Assembly (NCBI GenBank): GCA_002269645.1
Contig: NIVC01001615.1
Coordinates: 62,001 to 126,000, forward strand
DNA: 64,000 nucleotides
Reading direction: 5' to 3'
Source: Macrostomum lignano
Lineage: Eukaryota
Shown: positions 1 to 12,000 of the stretch, piece by piece
Numbering within the stretch: position 1 is the first letter of the stretch
How the letters are laid out: each line of letters opens with the position of its first letter
The notes under the pieces: generated by a model
Seen by the model: the letters and a program-made list of their open reading frames with translations, nothing else
What the model was told of the DNA's origin: nothing
Databases searched by the model: none
Program-made: the position numbers and the translations under genes

Positions 1-904
1 TGGCCTAGCAATAAAGGTGGAATGGGTGAACATTTTGGCTCAGCAATGTCTTAGTCGGTGGCTTGGTCTCGCGCGTATCGAAAATTATTCTATCTTTATC
101 TTCCATGTCTATTTCTGTTATACTCGAAGACTTTTACATATTAATTATACCTCTGATTTCTTGATTACTTCCAAATTTTTAATAAAATTTGCTACTGCTA
201 AAAGTACTTTTAGTTTGTTTGGCTTGCAACCTATTTATAACAAATTATTTGGATTTATTTTACGGTAACAAAGAAACATATTAGTTCTTCAGTAGTAAAC
301 CATTTATAAACTGAATTTGATAATTCAATACTTTTTTGCAATGTGATACAAAGCTCTTGAAATTTGTTAATGACTTCACCTCAATTTTAATAGCAACGCT
401 TTGTGATTGTTTCATCTTGGCAATTTAGCTTGTGTTTCAGTTTAGGCTAACGTGGTCTCTCGAGTGTCTCACTCTACTTAAAGTAGAGAGCTGGGTGATT
501 TATCCATTTTCTAAGAATATTTTTGCTGTTTATGCCTACCGTTTTTTTGAAACTTGTATGTACTGTATATGTATGATAATTTTTACACGAGTCCTTTATA
601 TTGAAATCTTATTTATCTATCTATCCAATCCGAGTTTTCTGATTCCTTTAAGTCAGGCCTGACTCTGCTGTCACCGGCCTGGGTATATTTCATTCTAGGT
701 ACATTTATAGGTACAATAGGTACAATAAGGTACAATAACGCGTCCTTTTTTCTGTAGCATTTGCGTGTGTTCCTGGCTCACAGCAGCGTTGTAATTTGAT
801 ACTCTGCAATAGGCAACCCCTATGCCCCGGTTAGCCTCACGATCCCGGTCAACCGGGTCCACCAGTTAGCCTCCTCAACCCCTGCTCAAGAGCCAGTCTC
901 TACC

Positions 905-1290
905 CTGTCCACCAGTTAGCCTCCTCCCCTGTTCACTGGTTAGCCTCTCCCCTGTTCACTGGTTAGCCTCTCCCCTGTTCACCGGTTAGCCTCTCCCCTG
1001 TTCACTGGTTAGCCTCTCCCCTGTTCACCGGTTAGCCTCTCCCCTGTTCACCGGTTAGTCTCTCCCCTGTTCACTGGTTAGCCTCTCCCCTGTTCACTGG
1101 TTAGCCTCTCCCCTGTTCACCGGTTAGCCTCTCCCCTGTTAACCGGTTAGCCTCTCCCTGTCCACCGGTTAGCCTCTCCCTTGTCCACCGGTTATCCTCT
1201 CCCCTGTGCACCGGTTAGCTTTAATTCCCCTGTGAACCGGTTAGTCTCAATTCCCCTGTTCACTGGTTAGCCTCAATTCCCCTGTTCACC
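905..1290. repeat. Minisatellite, ~23-bp unit CCTCTCCCCTGTTCACTGGTTAG, upstream of CDK1
   Basis: Directly visible tandem copies; boundaries approximate. Confidence 0.9.
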
Positions 1291-1909
1291 TGTAAATTAT
1301 TAAGTCTGAAGACGCCGCTTCGCCAGAAAGGTCAAACGATAAGCGTGTTACAATTTTCAATAATTATAAATAATCATATCCTTTACTTCGGCGCAATTCG
1401 GACATTTTTTGATCATATGCGTGCGCATCGATCTTATTAGCGTTATTATTTATTGTACTTACTTACAAAAAGACAATTTCTTATTTGCTAATATTAATTA
1501 TATTTAAGTCGGTGTAACAAGCGCTCAGTAATAATATTCTAATTCCCTGAGGCAATATTTACCTGTCTTCATATTACGCACGCGCATACATATTTTAGTC
1601 ATTTATAATAATTATAAAATAATTGTAATGAATTTCCTGGCAATTTTTTTTATTACTTGCCGTTGTCGTAATTTTTCCCTTTCTTTCCTTACTGTTTTGA
1701 CTGGGACGGATCGTTGTAGCTTTAGTCATTAGCAATGCGTCTAATGTTCCAGCTTCTTCACGATAATTATTGTTCTACAACTCGCATTACTGCATGCAAG
1801 CTGACCAAAAATTCCAACGAGCTACTTTAAGTAACAAGTGCAGCAAACTCGAATAGCAGCATATTTTCTAACTAAATAAATCTATAATCAACCATAAAAG
1901 CAAGAAGCA

Positions 1910-4900
1910 ATGTCTGCGGCGCAATCTTCTTCATCCAAGCTGGAGAAATGGGCTATCGAGGACTTCAGCAAGATTGAAAAGATTGGCGAAGGTAACGGGC
2001 GCTAGGTATAGAGCGGATTTGGGGCTGGAGAGAGAGCAGATAGGGACGATATGGAAAGAGCGGATAGAGGCGATAGGGAGAGAGCGGATAGGGGCGATAG
2101 ATAGGGGGAGAGCGGATAGGCGCGCCAGGGAGAGAGCGGATAGGGGCGCCAGGGAGAGAGCGGATAGGCGCGCCAGGGAGAGAGCGGATAGGGGCGCCAG
2201 GGAGAGAGCGGATAGGGGCGCCAGGGAGAGAGCGGATAGGGGCGCTAGAGAGAGAGTGGATAGGGGCGCCAGGGAGAGAGCGGATAGGCGCGCCAGGGAG
2301 AGAGCGGATAGGGGCGCCAGGGAGAGAGCGGATAGGGGCGCCAGGGAGAGAGCGGATAGGGGCGCCAGGGAGAGAGCGGATAGGGGCGCCAGGGAGAGAG
2401 CGGATAGGGGCGCCAGGGAGAGAGCGGATAGGGGCGCCAGGGAGAGAGCGGATAGGGGCGCCAGGGAGAGAGCGGATAGGGGCGCCAGGGAGAGAGCGGA
2501 TAGGGGCGCCAGGGAGAGAGCGGATAGGGGCGCCAGGGAGAGAGCATATCATTCCAAAGAGAGGTCGACTGCTGGACTCCGATACACTGCTACTATTTGA
2601 GAACTAACCCCTGGATTTGCCCGAACCGCAGGCACCTACGGTGTAGTGTACAAGGCGCGCAACAACCGCAACCAGAAGATCATGGCTTTGAAAAAGATCC
2701 GTCTGGAATGCCAGGAAGAAGGCATGCCGTCAACAGCTGTACGCGAAGTGTCCCTGCTCAAGGAGCTGCAGCATCCCAACATTGTCTGTCTAGAGAGCGT
2801 GCTGATGCAGGAGGGCAAGCTGTATCTGGTGTTCGAGTACCTCACTATGGACCTGAAGAAGTACTTGGACAACCAGCGCGGCAGGACTCTTATTCCTGAG
2901 AAGACTCGCAGCTTCATGTATCAGTTGTTGCAGGTGCGTCCTCTGCTTTTGCCTTTCCCTATCTCTGTGCCTTCCCTTCATCTCTACCTTTCCCTCCCTT
3001 CATCTCTACCCTTTCCTCCCTTCATCTCTACCTTTTCCTCCCTTCATCTCTACATTTCTCTCCCTTCATCTCTACATTTCCCTCCCTTCATCTCTACCTT
3101 TTCCTCCCTTCATCTCTACCTTTTCCTCCCTTCATCTCTACCTTTTCCTCCCTTCATCTCTACCTTTTCCTCCCTTCATCTCTACCTTTTCCTCCCTTCA
3201 TCTTTACCTTTTTGTCCCTTCATCTCTACCTTTTCCTCCCTTCATCTCGACATTTCCCTTCATCTCTACATTTCATTCTTCTCATCTCTACCTTTTCCTC
3301 CCTTCATCTCGACGTTTCATTCTTCTCATCTCTACCTTTTCCTCCCTTTATCTCTACCTTTCTCCCTTCATTTCTAAATTTCCTTCCTTCATCTCTACCT
3401 TTCCCTCCCTTCATCTCTACCTTTTCCTCCCTTCATCTCTACCGTTTCCTCCCTTCATCTCTACCTTTTTCTCATTTCTCCCTTTCCTCCCTTCATCTCG
3501 ACCGCTCCCTCCCTTCATCTCTACCTTTTCCTCCCTTCATCTCTACCTTTTCCTCCCTTCATCTCTACCTTCTCTCTTTATTTCTATCTTTTTCCTTTTA
3601 TCTCTGTCCTTCCCTTCATCTCTTTCCTTTTCATCTCTGTCTATCCCTCTCTTCCTTTCTCTGCCTTTCCCAACCTTATATCTCCCGACAAAACGTACAA
3701 ACTTCTCACTCTGCGCGTGTTCCCAACTCCCTTGGCAACCCAGGGCCTGCTGTTCTGCCACACCCGGCGTGTTGTCCATCGCGACCTGAAGCCGCAGAAC
3801 ATTCTGCTAGACGAGCGGGGCGTCATTAAACTGGCGGATTTCGGACTGGCTCGCGCCTTTGGCGTGCCTGTTCGCGTTCTGACACACGAGGTTTGTGCTT
3901 GTGGGATCTTTTTAGCGCATTGGTCCAGGTTCTCTTGGTATCTTTGAGTCTTCTTTCTCGGACCTATTTATTGACCCACGCCCTGAATCACTGACCCATT
4001 TATTGACCCACGGCCTGAATCACTGACCCATTTATTGACCCACGCCCTGAATCACTGACCCATTTATTGACCCACGCCCTGAATCACTGACCCATTTATT
4101 GATCCACGCCCTGAATCACTGACCCATTTATTGACCCACGCCCTAAATCACTGACCCATTTCTTGATCCACGGCCTGAATCACTGACCCATTCACTGACC
4201 CACACCCTGAATCACTGACCCATTTATTGGCCCACACCCTGAATCACTGACCCATTTATTGACCCACACCCTGAATCACTGACCCATTTATTGACCCACC
4301 CTGAATCACTGACCCATTTATTGGCCCACACCCTGAATCACTGACCCATTTATTGACCCACATCCTGAATCACAGACCCATTTATTGACCCACGCTCTGA
4401 ATCACTGACCCATTTATTGACCAGCACCCTGAATCACTGACCCATTTACTGACCCACGCTCTAAATTACTGACCTATTTATTGACCTACGCTCTGAATCA
4501 CTGACCCATTTACTGACCCACGCTCTAAATCACTGACCCATTTATTGACCTACGCTCTGAATCACTGACCCAGTAACACTTTATCGCGACCGAGTTTTGC
4601 ACTCATATTCGAACTCCAGGTAGTCACTCTGTGGTACCGGGCTCCCGAGATTCTTCTGGGCAGCCCCCGCTACTCCTGCCCGGTGGACATGTGGAGCATG
4701 GGCTGCATATTCGCCGAGATCGCCATGCTCAAGCCGCTATTCCACGGCGACTCGGAGATCGATCAGCTGTTCCGCATCTTCCGCATCCTCGGCACGCCAA
4801 CTGAGGACACGTGGCCTGGCGTGACCTCCATGCCGGAGTACAAGCAGATGTTCCCAACCTGGCAGGGCCTCCGGTTGTCTAGCGCTGTTGAGAACCGGCT

Positions 4901-5665
4901 CAATGATGAAGGCATGGATCTGCTGCAGGTGCGTTTGGGGCGCGACTCCCGTGTCAGACTGTAGCACTCCCGTGTCAGACTGTAGCACTCCAGTGTCAGA
5001 CTGTAGCACTCCCGTGTCAGACTGTAGCACTCCAGTGTCAGACTGTAGCACTCCCGTGTCAGACTGTAGCACTCCAGTGTCAGACAGTAGCACTCCAGTG
5101 TCAGACAGTAGCACTCCAGTGTCAGACAGTAGCACTCCAGTGGCAGACTGTAGCACTCCCTGTGTCAGACTGTAGCACTCCAGTGTCAGACTGTAGCACT
5201 CCAGTGGCAGACTGTAGCACTCCCCGTGTCAGACTGTAGCACTCCCGTGTCAGACTGTAGCACTCCAGTGTCAGACTGTAGCACTCCCGTGTCAGACTGT
5301 AGCACTCCAGTGTCAGACTGTAGCACTCCAGTGTCAGACAGTAGCACTCCAGTGTCAGACAGTAGCACTCCAGTGTCAGACTGTAGCACTCCAGTGTCAG
5401 ACTGCATCACTCCAGTGTCAGACTGTAGCACTCCAGTGGCAGACTGTAGCACTCCAGTGGCAGACTGAACCGTCTATAACGAACATCTCCAACCCCGCAG
5501 AAGCTGCTGATCTACGAGCCATCAGACCGGTGCAACGCCCGCGAGGCGCTGGAGCACGCCTACTTCTCCGGCATGGACAAGTCCGCTATGCCGGCCCGCA
5601 CGCCCGAGAAAGTTTGGCGGCCTCAGCGCGCCCCTCTCAACGTAGTGGAGAACATGGCGGTCTAG
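1910..5665 (+). CDS. CDK1: Cyclin-dependent kinase 1 (cdc2), 5 exons
   Basis: Exons 1910-1991, 2632-2933, 3744-3890, 4620-4928, 5501-5665, all introns GT-AG with consistent phase. Spliced protein reads [37 protein letters not shown]...[17 protein letters not shown]...HRDLKPQN...[28 protein letters not shown]...[13 protein letters not shown]. The PSTAIRE-like helix, GEGTYG loop and GDSEIDQ motif are typical of CDK1/2. Confidence 0.93.
2030..2545. repeat. Minisatellite, 24-bp unit GGGGCGCCAGGGAGAGAGCGGATA (CDK1 intron 1)
   Basis: About 20 near-identical tandem copies. Confidence 0.95.
2970..3570. repeat. Minisatellite, 22-bp unit CCTTTTCCTCCCTTCATCTCTA (CDK1 intron 2)
   Basis: Pyrimidine-rich tandem copies filling most of the intron. 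Confidence 0.93.
3960..4570. repeat. Minisatellite, 32-bp unit GACCCATTTATTGACCCACGCCCTGAATCACT (CDK1 intron 3)
   Basis: Tandem copies visible. Confidence 0.95.
4945..5468. repeat. Minisatellite, 21-bp unit CCAGTGTCAGACTGTAGCACT (CDK1 intron 4)
   Basis: Tandem copies visible. Confidence 0.95.
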
Positions 5666-6239
5666 ATGGGGGCCGTTTCAATTTAATAGTGTCAACAGTG
5701 CTTAGGCGCAATGGATATTGCCAGTTAATTCTTTGCATACGTATTAATCCAATTAAATTAATACCTTCCTACCTGCTAATCCAAAATATGCCTAAATAAT
5801 AAGTTTATTTTCTCTTCAACAACTTTTTACAAACTTCTCTCTCTCTCTGTGTGTCTGGATAGTGCATTTTTGGCACCGGTAATAAAGTTTAGCAGTTGCC
5901 CTACTATCAGTAGCTAATGAAGTCTATTGCATTTTGTTTGCTATTTACCAATATATTTTTGTGCGCGTATTATTAGTTGGTTAAGTATTTTTTATTTCCT
6001 TTTTTAACATGCAGCGGCTGCAATTGGGTCAAGTTTATTTTAACGTCACCAACCCGTCTTACTGTTCCGTTAATTAGTTTAATATTTGCTGCTCAAATCT
6101 TTTCGGTCATTATTGATTTCTCGCTTTGCGCTAATTTTCCTCGTTTTACTTCAGGATTGAATTCGAAAAGTAGCTCTGTTAATTAAATTTTGACTGGGTT
6201 GGAATTTCATTTCTTCTGAAAATTGAGGAGCTGCATCTA

Positions 6240-6975
6240 GTCTAGACAGCAATAGTTAGATCTGAGCATTTTGTGTTAAATCTAGACAGAAACTGGTTAG
6301 ATCTAGGCATGTTCAGAGTAGATCTAGACATGAAATGGTCAGATCTAGGCATGTTCAGGTCAGATCTAGACATGAAATGGTCAGATCTAGACATGAAATG
6401 GTCAGATCTAGACATGTTCAGGTCAGATCTAGACATGAAATGGTCAGATCTAGGCATGTTCAGGTCAGATCTAGACATGAAATGGTCAGATCTAGACATG
6501 TTTATAGTAGATCTTAACATAAAATGATCAGATCTAGGCATGTGTGGGTTAGATCTAGACATGAAATGGTCAGATCTAGGCAAGTTCGGGTTCGATCTAG
6601 ACATAAAAATGGTCAGATCTAGGCATGTTTATAGTAGATCTTAACATAAAATGATCAGATCTAGGCATGTTCGGGTTCGATCTAGACATGAAATGGTCAG
6701 ATCTAGGCATGTTCGGATTAGATCTAGACATGAAATGGTCAGATCTAGGCATGTTCGGGTTAGATCTAGACATGAAATGGTCAGATCTAGGCATGTTCGG
6801 GTTAGATCTAGACATGAAATGGTCAGATCTAGGCATGTTTATAGTAGATCTTAACATAAAATGATCAGATCTAGGCATGTTCGGGTTAGATCTAGACATG
6901 AAATGGTCAGATCTAGGCAAGTTCGGGTTCGATCTAGGCATGAAATGGTCAAATCTAGGCATGTTCGGGTTAGAT
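6240..6975. repeat. Minisatellite, 21-bp units (AGATCTAGACATGAAATGGTC and variants, often alternating as a 42-bp dimer) between CDK1 and MPPE1
   Basis: Tandem copies built on overlapping AGATCT/TCTAGA palindromes. Confidence 0.93.
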
Positions 6976-7147
6976 ATGGACAGAAAAGGGTCAAAATTTC
7001 AGTAATAAATTAACAGTCGAGGACCACAACGAGAAGCAAGTTAAATATTTTTAAAGTACATTCTCCAGTTACAGCAGCGCCTCAGCTCCCTGCACTGCAT
7101 CCGCAATCGGCCGGTTTTGCTGTTGCTGACTGAGGCGTTGGGTCCAG

Positions 7148-9727
7148 CCATCCGACCCCAGCATCCCCGTCACTGACAGAGACCGAGGGTCAGACCGAGC
7201 CGCACACACCGCCCCTAAATCAGGGACGGTGCCCGATTCCTGCGCTGCTGTGGCCGCCGACGCCGTCTCGTCAACGTCGACCACGTCGTCGACGTCGACA
7301 ATTGCGTCGCCGTCGCGGCCGCCGCGCCGTTGTCGGCGGCGCTTCCTGACGCTGCTGGCGCTGCTAGGCGGCTTGGTTGCGTTCTGCGAATACCTGATCT
7401 ACTATGCCGTCCTGCTCGCCTGCACCTGGCCGGCGCTGCCGGGCGAGTCGCCGCTGGCGCCAACCAGCCGGTCGGATGGCGTCCGGGTGATGCTGCTGGC
7501 CGACACTCACCTGCTGGGCTGGCGGCAGGGCCACTGGTTCGATAAGCTGCGCAGGGAGTGGCAGATGGAGCGCGCATTCCAGACGAGCCTGTTTCTGCAC
7601 CGGCCCCAGGTGAGGGCTGGCGGGTTGCTGCTTCTAGAGGGTGCTGCTTTGGGATTTGGGATATTGGAGCTTTTTGGGGATTTCGGATATTGGAGTTTTT
7701 TTGGCGGATTTGGGATATTGGAGTTTTTTGGGGATTTGGTATATTGGAGCTTTTTGGGGATTTCGGATATTGGAGTTTTTTTGGCGGATTTGGGATATTG
7801 GAGTTTTTTGGGGATTTGGTATATTGGAGCTTTTTGGGGATTTGGGATATTGGAGTTTTTTGGGGACTTGGGATATTGGAGCTTTTTGGAAATTTGGGCT
7901 ATCTGTGTGCTTTTTGGGATTTAAGTACTGGTGCTTTTTATGGATTTGGGATATTGGTGCTTCTGGGGGATTTTGGATTTTTCAGCTTCGTTCGAATTTG
8001 GGATATTGGAGCTTTGTTGGGATATTCGGCACTTTATAGTACTTAAAATTTTCATGTACCAACATCGATTTATGTAATAATTCAAGCAATGGCCCCTCCT
8101 GGCAGGTTGTTATTATCCTCGGCGACCTGTTCGACGAAGGCAAATGGGCCGACGACTTCGAGTTCCGGCACCACTTGGCCCGCTTCCGCCGGATATTCCG
8201 CGTCCCGGACGGCACCCGCCTGCTAGTGGTGGCCGGCAACCACGACATCGGCTTTCACTACGATGTCACGCAGCACAAGGTGGACCGCTTCGAGGCCGCC
8301 TTCCACCTGCCCGCTGTGCAGCTGGTGTCGGTAGGCTGACTTGGATACTCAGCCGGAACCTCGCCTTTTGATTATCACTTACCTCGCCCCAGCCCAATCC
8401 CGAATTGCAAGAATCGCCCTAATCTCGAATTCCAAGCATCGCCCCAATTCTGTGAATTGCAAGAATCGCCCAAATCCCGAAATTCCAACAATCGCCCTAC
8501 TCTCGAATTCCAATAATCGCCCTAATTATAAATTCCAAGAATCGCCCCAATTCTGTGAATTCCAAGAATCGCCCTAATTCTGAATTCAAAGCATCGTCCC
8601 GATCCCGAATTCCAAGAATCGCCCCAATTCTGTGAATTGCAAGAATCGCCCTAATTATAAATTCCAAGAATCGCCCCAATTCTGTGAATTGCAAGAATCG
8701 CCCTAATTATAAATTCCAAGAATCGCCCTAATTATAAATTCCAAGAATCGCCCCGATTCTGTGCATTCCAAGAATCGCCCCGATTCTGTGCATTCCAAGA
8801 ATCGCCCCAATTCTGTGAATTGCAAGAATCGCCCCAATTATGAATTCCAAGAATCGCCCCAATTCTGTGAATTGCAAGAATCGCCCTAATTATGAATTCC
8901 AAGAATCGCCCCAATTCTGTGAATTCCAACAATCGCGCCGACCCCGCTACCCGCAGATTGGCGGCGTGAATTTCGTGCTGGCCAATAGCGTCGCATTCGA
9001 AGGCGACGGCTGCTTCCTCTGCCGACGCGCCCGAGTCGAGCTGGCCGCCGTGGCCAACCGGCTGCGCTGCGCATTCGGCATCCGCCTCGGCGACGCCTGC
9101 AGCGAGGAAGCCCTCGGAGGCGGCGGTCAGCTGCCCCCGGCCACCGCCCCGATCCTGCTGACGCACTACCCGCTGGCCAGGCTCGATGAGAGCGCCTGCG
9201 ACACCGTCGCTTCGCCTGCCGAAGGAGCCGCCGCCGCCCCAGGCGACAGTCGCGACAACGTCGAGATCATCGACGGCGAAGACTCGGCACCGGCTGCTGC
9301 TCGCCAGACGCGGCTCCGGCCTCGCTGGGACTGCCTGTCCGCAGAGGCGTCGGACACACTGGCCGAGGCTGTCCGACCGCGACTGGCCTTTGTCGGACAC
9401 ACGCACTGGTCCTGCCGGCGCCGCCTCAGCCTGGCCGGCGGCTCGCGCAATCTCACCGAGTACACTTTGCCCAGCTTCTCCTGGCGCAACATCAACTCGC
9501 CCAGCTTCCTACTGCTCACCGTGTCCGGTGGCGCCCACTCCGTTGCCAAGTGCCGGATGCCGCGCGAGTCCACGGTGATCGGCCTGTACACCTACGGCGT
9601 GCCCGCCGTGCTGCTGTGGTTCCTGTGGCCCTGCCTGCTCAGTCTGGCCGCTTCTGTGTGCTGGCACTGCGCCAGTTTCTTCACAGCGCAGGCGCCCTGG
9701 CGTCAGGCGGACGATAAGCACCTGTGA
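7148..9727 (+). CDS. MPPE1: Metallophosphoesterase 1 / PGAP5 (GPI remodelling), 3 exons; 5' end uncertain
   Basis: Exons ~7148-7609, 8106-8330, 8957-9727. N-terminal anchor FLTLLALLGGLVAFCEYLIYY..CTWP, motifs ADTH, GDLFDEG, GNHDIGF, THYPL, GHTH, and a C-terminal hydrophobic segment. No in-frame ATG precedes the anchor, so the start coordinate is a candidate in-frame acceptor. Confidence 0.9.
7645..8030. repeat. Minisatellite, ~25-26-bp unit GGGATTTGGGATATTGGAGTTTTTT (MPPE1 intron 1)
   Basis: Degenerate tandem copies. Confidence 0.9.
8395..8935. repeat. Minisatellite, 25/27-bp units CCAAGAATCGCCCCAATTCTGTGAATT (MPPE1 intron 2)
   Basis: Tandem copies visible. Confidence 0.92.
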
Positions 9728-9864
9728 GACCGTCGATCAATGATCCGCCGCCGCCCTTCTCCAGCCCGCATTCCTGACAGTTCATTCTGCTGTGACTCGG
9801 ATCTCGAATACTTTATAGATGTACAAATTTATCCTCTTGTGTCTAGTTTTTGCTTTAACAGATT

Positions 9865-10330
9865 TAGGAATCCCAGATACCAAAGCTGAGAATCCCAGAT
9901 CCCCAAGTCTGAGAATCCCAGATCCCAAAGCTGAGAATCCCAGATCCTAGCGCTGAGAATCCCAGATCCCCAAGTCTGAGAATCCCAGATCCCCAAGTCT
10001 GAGAATCCCAGATCCCAAAGCTGAGAATCCCAGATCCCAAAGCTGAGAATCCCAGATCCTAGCGCTGAGAATCCCAGATCCTAGCGCTGAGAATCCCAGA
10101 TCCCCAAGTCTGAGAATCCCGGATCCCAAAGCTGAGAATCCCAGATCCTAACGCTGAGAATCCCAGATCCCCAAAGCTGAGAATCCCAGATCCCAAATCT
10201 GAGAATCCCGAATCCCAAATCCGAGAACCTCATATCCCAAATCTGAGAACCCCAGATCCCAAATCTAGGAATCCCAGATCCCAGACCTAAAAATAAGTAT
10301 CTTAGATCCCAGATCTAAATTCCAATCCCA
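9865..10330. repeat. Minisatellite, 22-23-bp unit GCTGAGAATCCCAGATCCCAAA downstream of MPPE1
   Basis: Tandem copies visible. Confidence 0.92.
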
Positions 10331-10934
10331 AAGCCTATGCTATGCTAAACATTTTGCTAGAAAATAAACAATGATCGCAGGCACTCAGAAAAAAATTAAA
10401 AAACACTATTTTGAGCAACATTTATCGAGTCCTCTTGTCCCTCTGACCCGCGTCTTTCTACTGACGGAGTTCTGCTGAGAAAAGAAAAAAATTAAACAAG
10501 TTTCTCCGCAGTTTAGCCGCGTAATGCTACTATGAGTAGGTTTTATTAATTGAAAGTATATAGCTTGTGTGTACTTCATTGATTGCACATCGATTTTGTG
10601 TATTCGTGCCTTTGCGCTAAATGGCTATTGGGGTGGATAATTTGTTATATCTATTTAGAAGCAGAATTGCATGATTGCTATATTTGTTTCCTGCAAATTA
10701 CTGCTTTTTAATAAATCCTTGTTAATCCGCTCTTAGTGCGAAGCAGCAGCTGTGAAAAACTATACTGCTATAATATTAAATATAACTGCTTAGAACTGTT
10801 GAATTTCTTGCCTGATTAACTGATTACCTTGTGTCTCGTTTTAAGTGTATTAAATCTGAATGAGTTTTTATATCTAAGTTTTTTTTCAAAGATATTAATT
10901 TTTTCAAGTCAACATCAATTATCTGTCTGAGTAT

Positions 10935-11350
10935 CCTCAAGGCTCGATTGGAAATCTCATGAGAATTCCCAAAGCTCGATCGGAAATCTCATGAGAATCC
11001 TCAAAGCTCGATTGGAAATCTCATGAGAATCCTCAAGGCTCGATCGAAAATCTCATGAGAATCCTTAAAGCTCGATCGAAAATCTCATGAGAATCCTTAA
11101 GGCCCGATCGGAAATCTCATGAGAATCCTCAAAAATCCATTGGAAATCTCATGAGAATCCTCAAGACTCGATCGGAAATCTCATGAGAATCCTCAAGGCT
11201 CTATTGGAAATCTCATAAGAATCCTTTAAAGCTTTATTGAAAATCTCATGAGAAGCTTCATAGCTCTATCGGAAATATGAGAATCCTTAAAGCTTCAATG
11301 GAAATCTCATGATAATCCTCAAAGCTGGATTGGAAATCTCATGAGAATCC
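10935..11350. repeat. Minisatellite, 32-bp unit GAAATCTCATGAGAATCCTCAAAGCTCGATCG
   Basis: About 13 diverging tandem copies. Confidence 0.92.
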
Positions 11351-11889
11351 TTTTAAAAAATTTGGAGAATCTCAGGATGTGCACTGCAGTAGGAATGGGT
11401 GATTCAGGTGTGGCTCTTAGGACTGCTCATTAATACGCTCAGTTGGATTTGGATATTTGTGCTTAGCCATTGTAAAAGAAAGCGCCTTGGGGTTCAATGG
11501 GTTTTGTTAATTAATATTTGCTTCAGAATTTCCTGTAATTTTCTTTTACTATATTACTTGTATAATGGAAGGGTAGGTTTACCTGTAGACAGGTCATTGG
11601 GTGCGCCCAGTCCACCTGTGTTGTTGACCGTTCTCGCATCCTATAGTTACGGTGCATGGACAGCTAAAGTAGGGCGCACGCTGCACTCATAAATCATGCA
11701 GATTTCAGTGGAGGCTGGTTTTCGTCGGAGAGTTCATTGGCGAGATGGAGAGCGGCGGCATCTTCCCGCAGATAGCGCTGACGGCAATTCAGCCCGTCCC
11801 GCTGACTCCTGGGCACAGCACACAAGCGCGACAATGCTGTACGCAGGCCCGCACCCATACACGCGCTCAAGAAAGCCCCAAATGAATGT

Positions 11890-12000
11890 GGCCGCTCGAG
11901 GAATCGAACCAGGGGTCTGCAGCTGCAGCACCTGCATCTGTATCGGGAGCTGCCGTGAGCATTCGACAGCCTTCAGTCGTCGATTACCACGATCGAGCTG
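11890..12000 (-). mobile_element. Possible tRNA-derived SINE head (Pol III A/B boxes)
   Basis: Minus strand has an exact B-box GGTTCGATTCC (plus-strand GGAATCGAACC near 11900-11910) and an upstream A-box-like AGCTCGATCGTGG. Spacing is too long and no cloverleaf was seen, so it is not called a tRNA. Confidence 0.3.

Noticed and set aside
1387-1394. E2F-like site TTCGGCGC upstream of CDK1
   Set aside because: Plausible for a cell-cycle gene but too short to support without TSS or conservation data.
11890-12000. Functional tRNA gene
   Set aside because: B-box is present, but A-B spacing is too long and I could not fold acceptor or anticodon stems.
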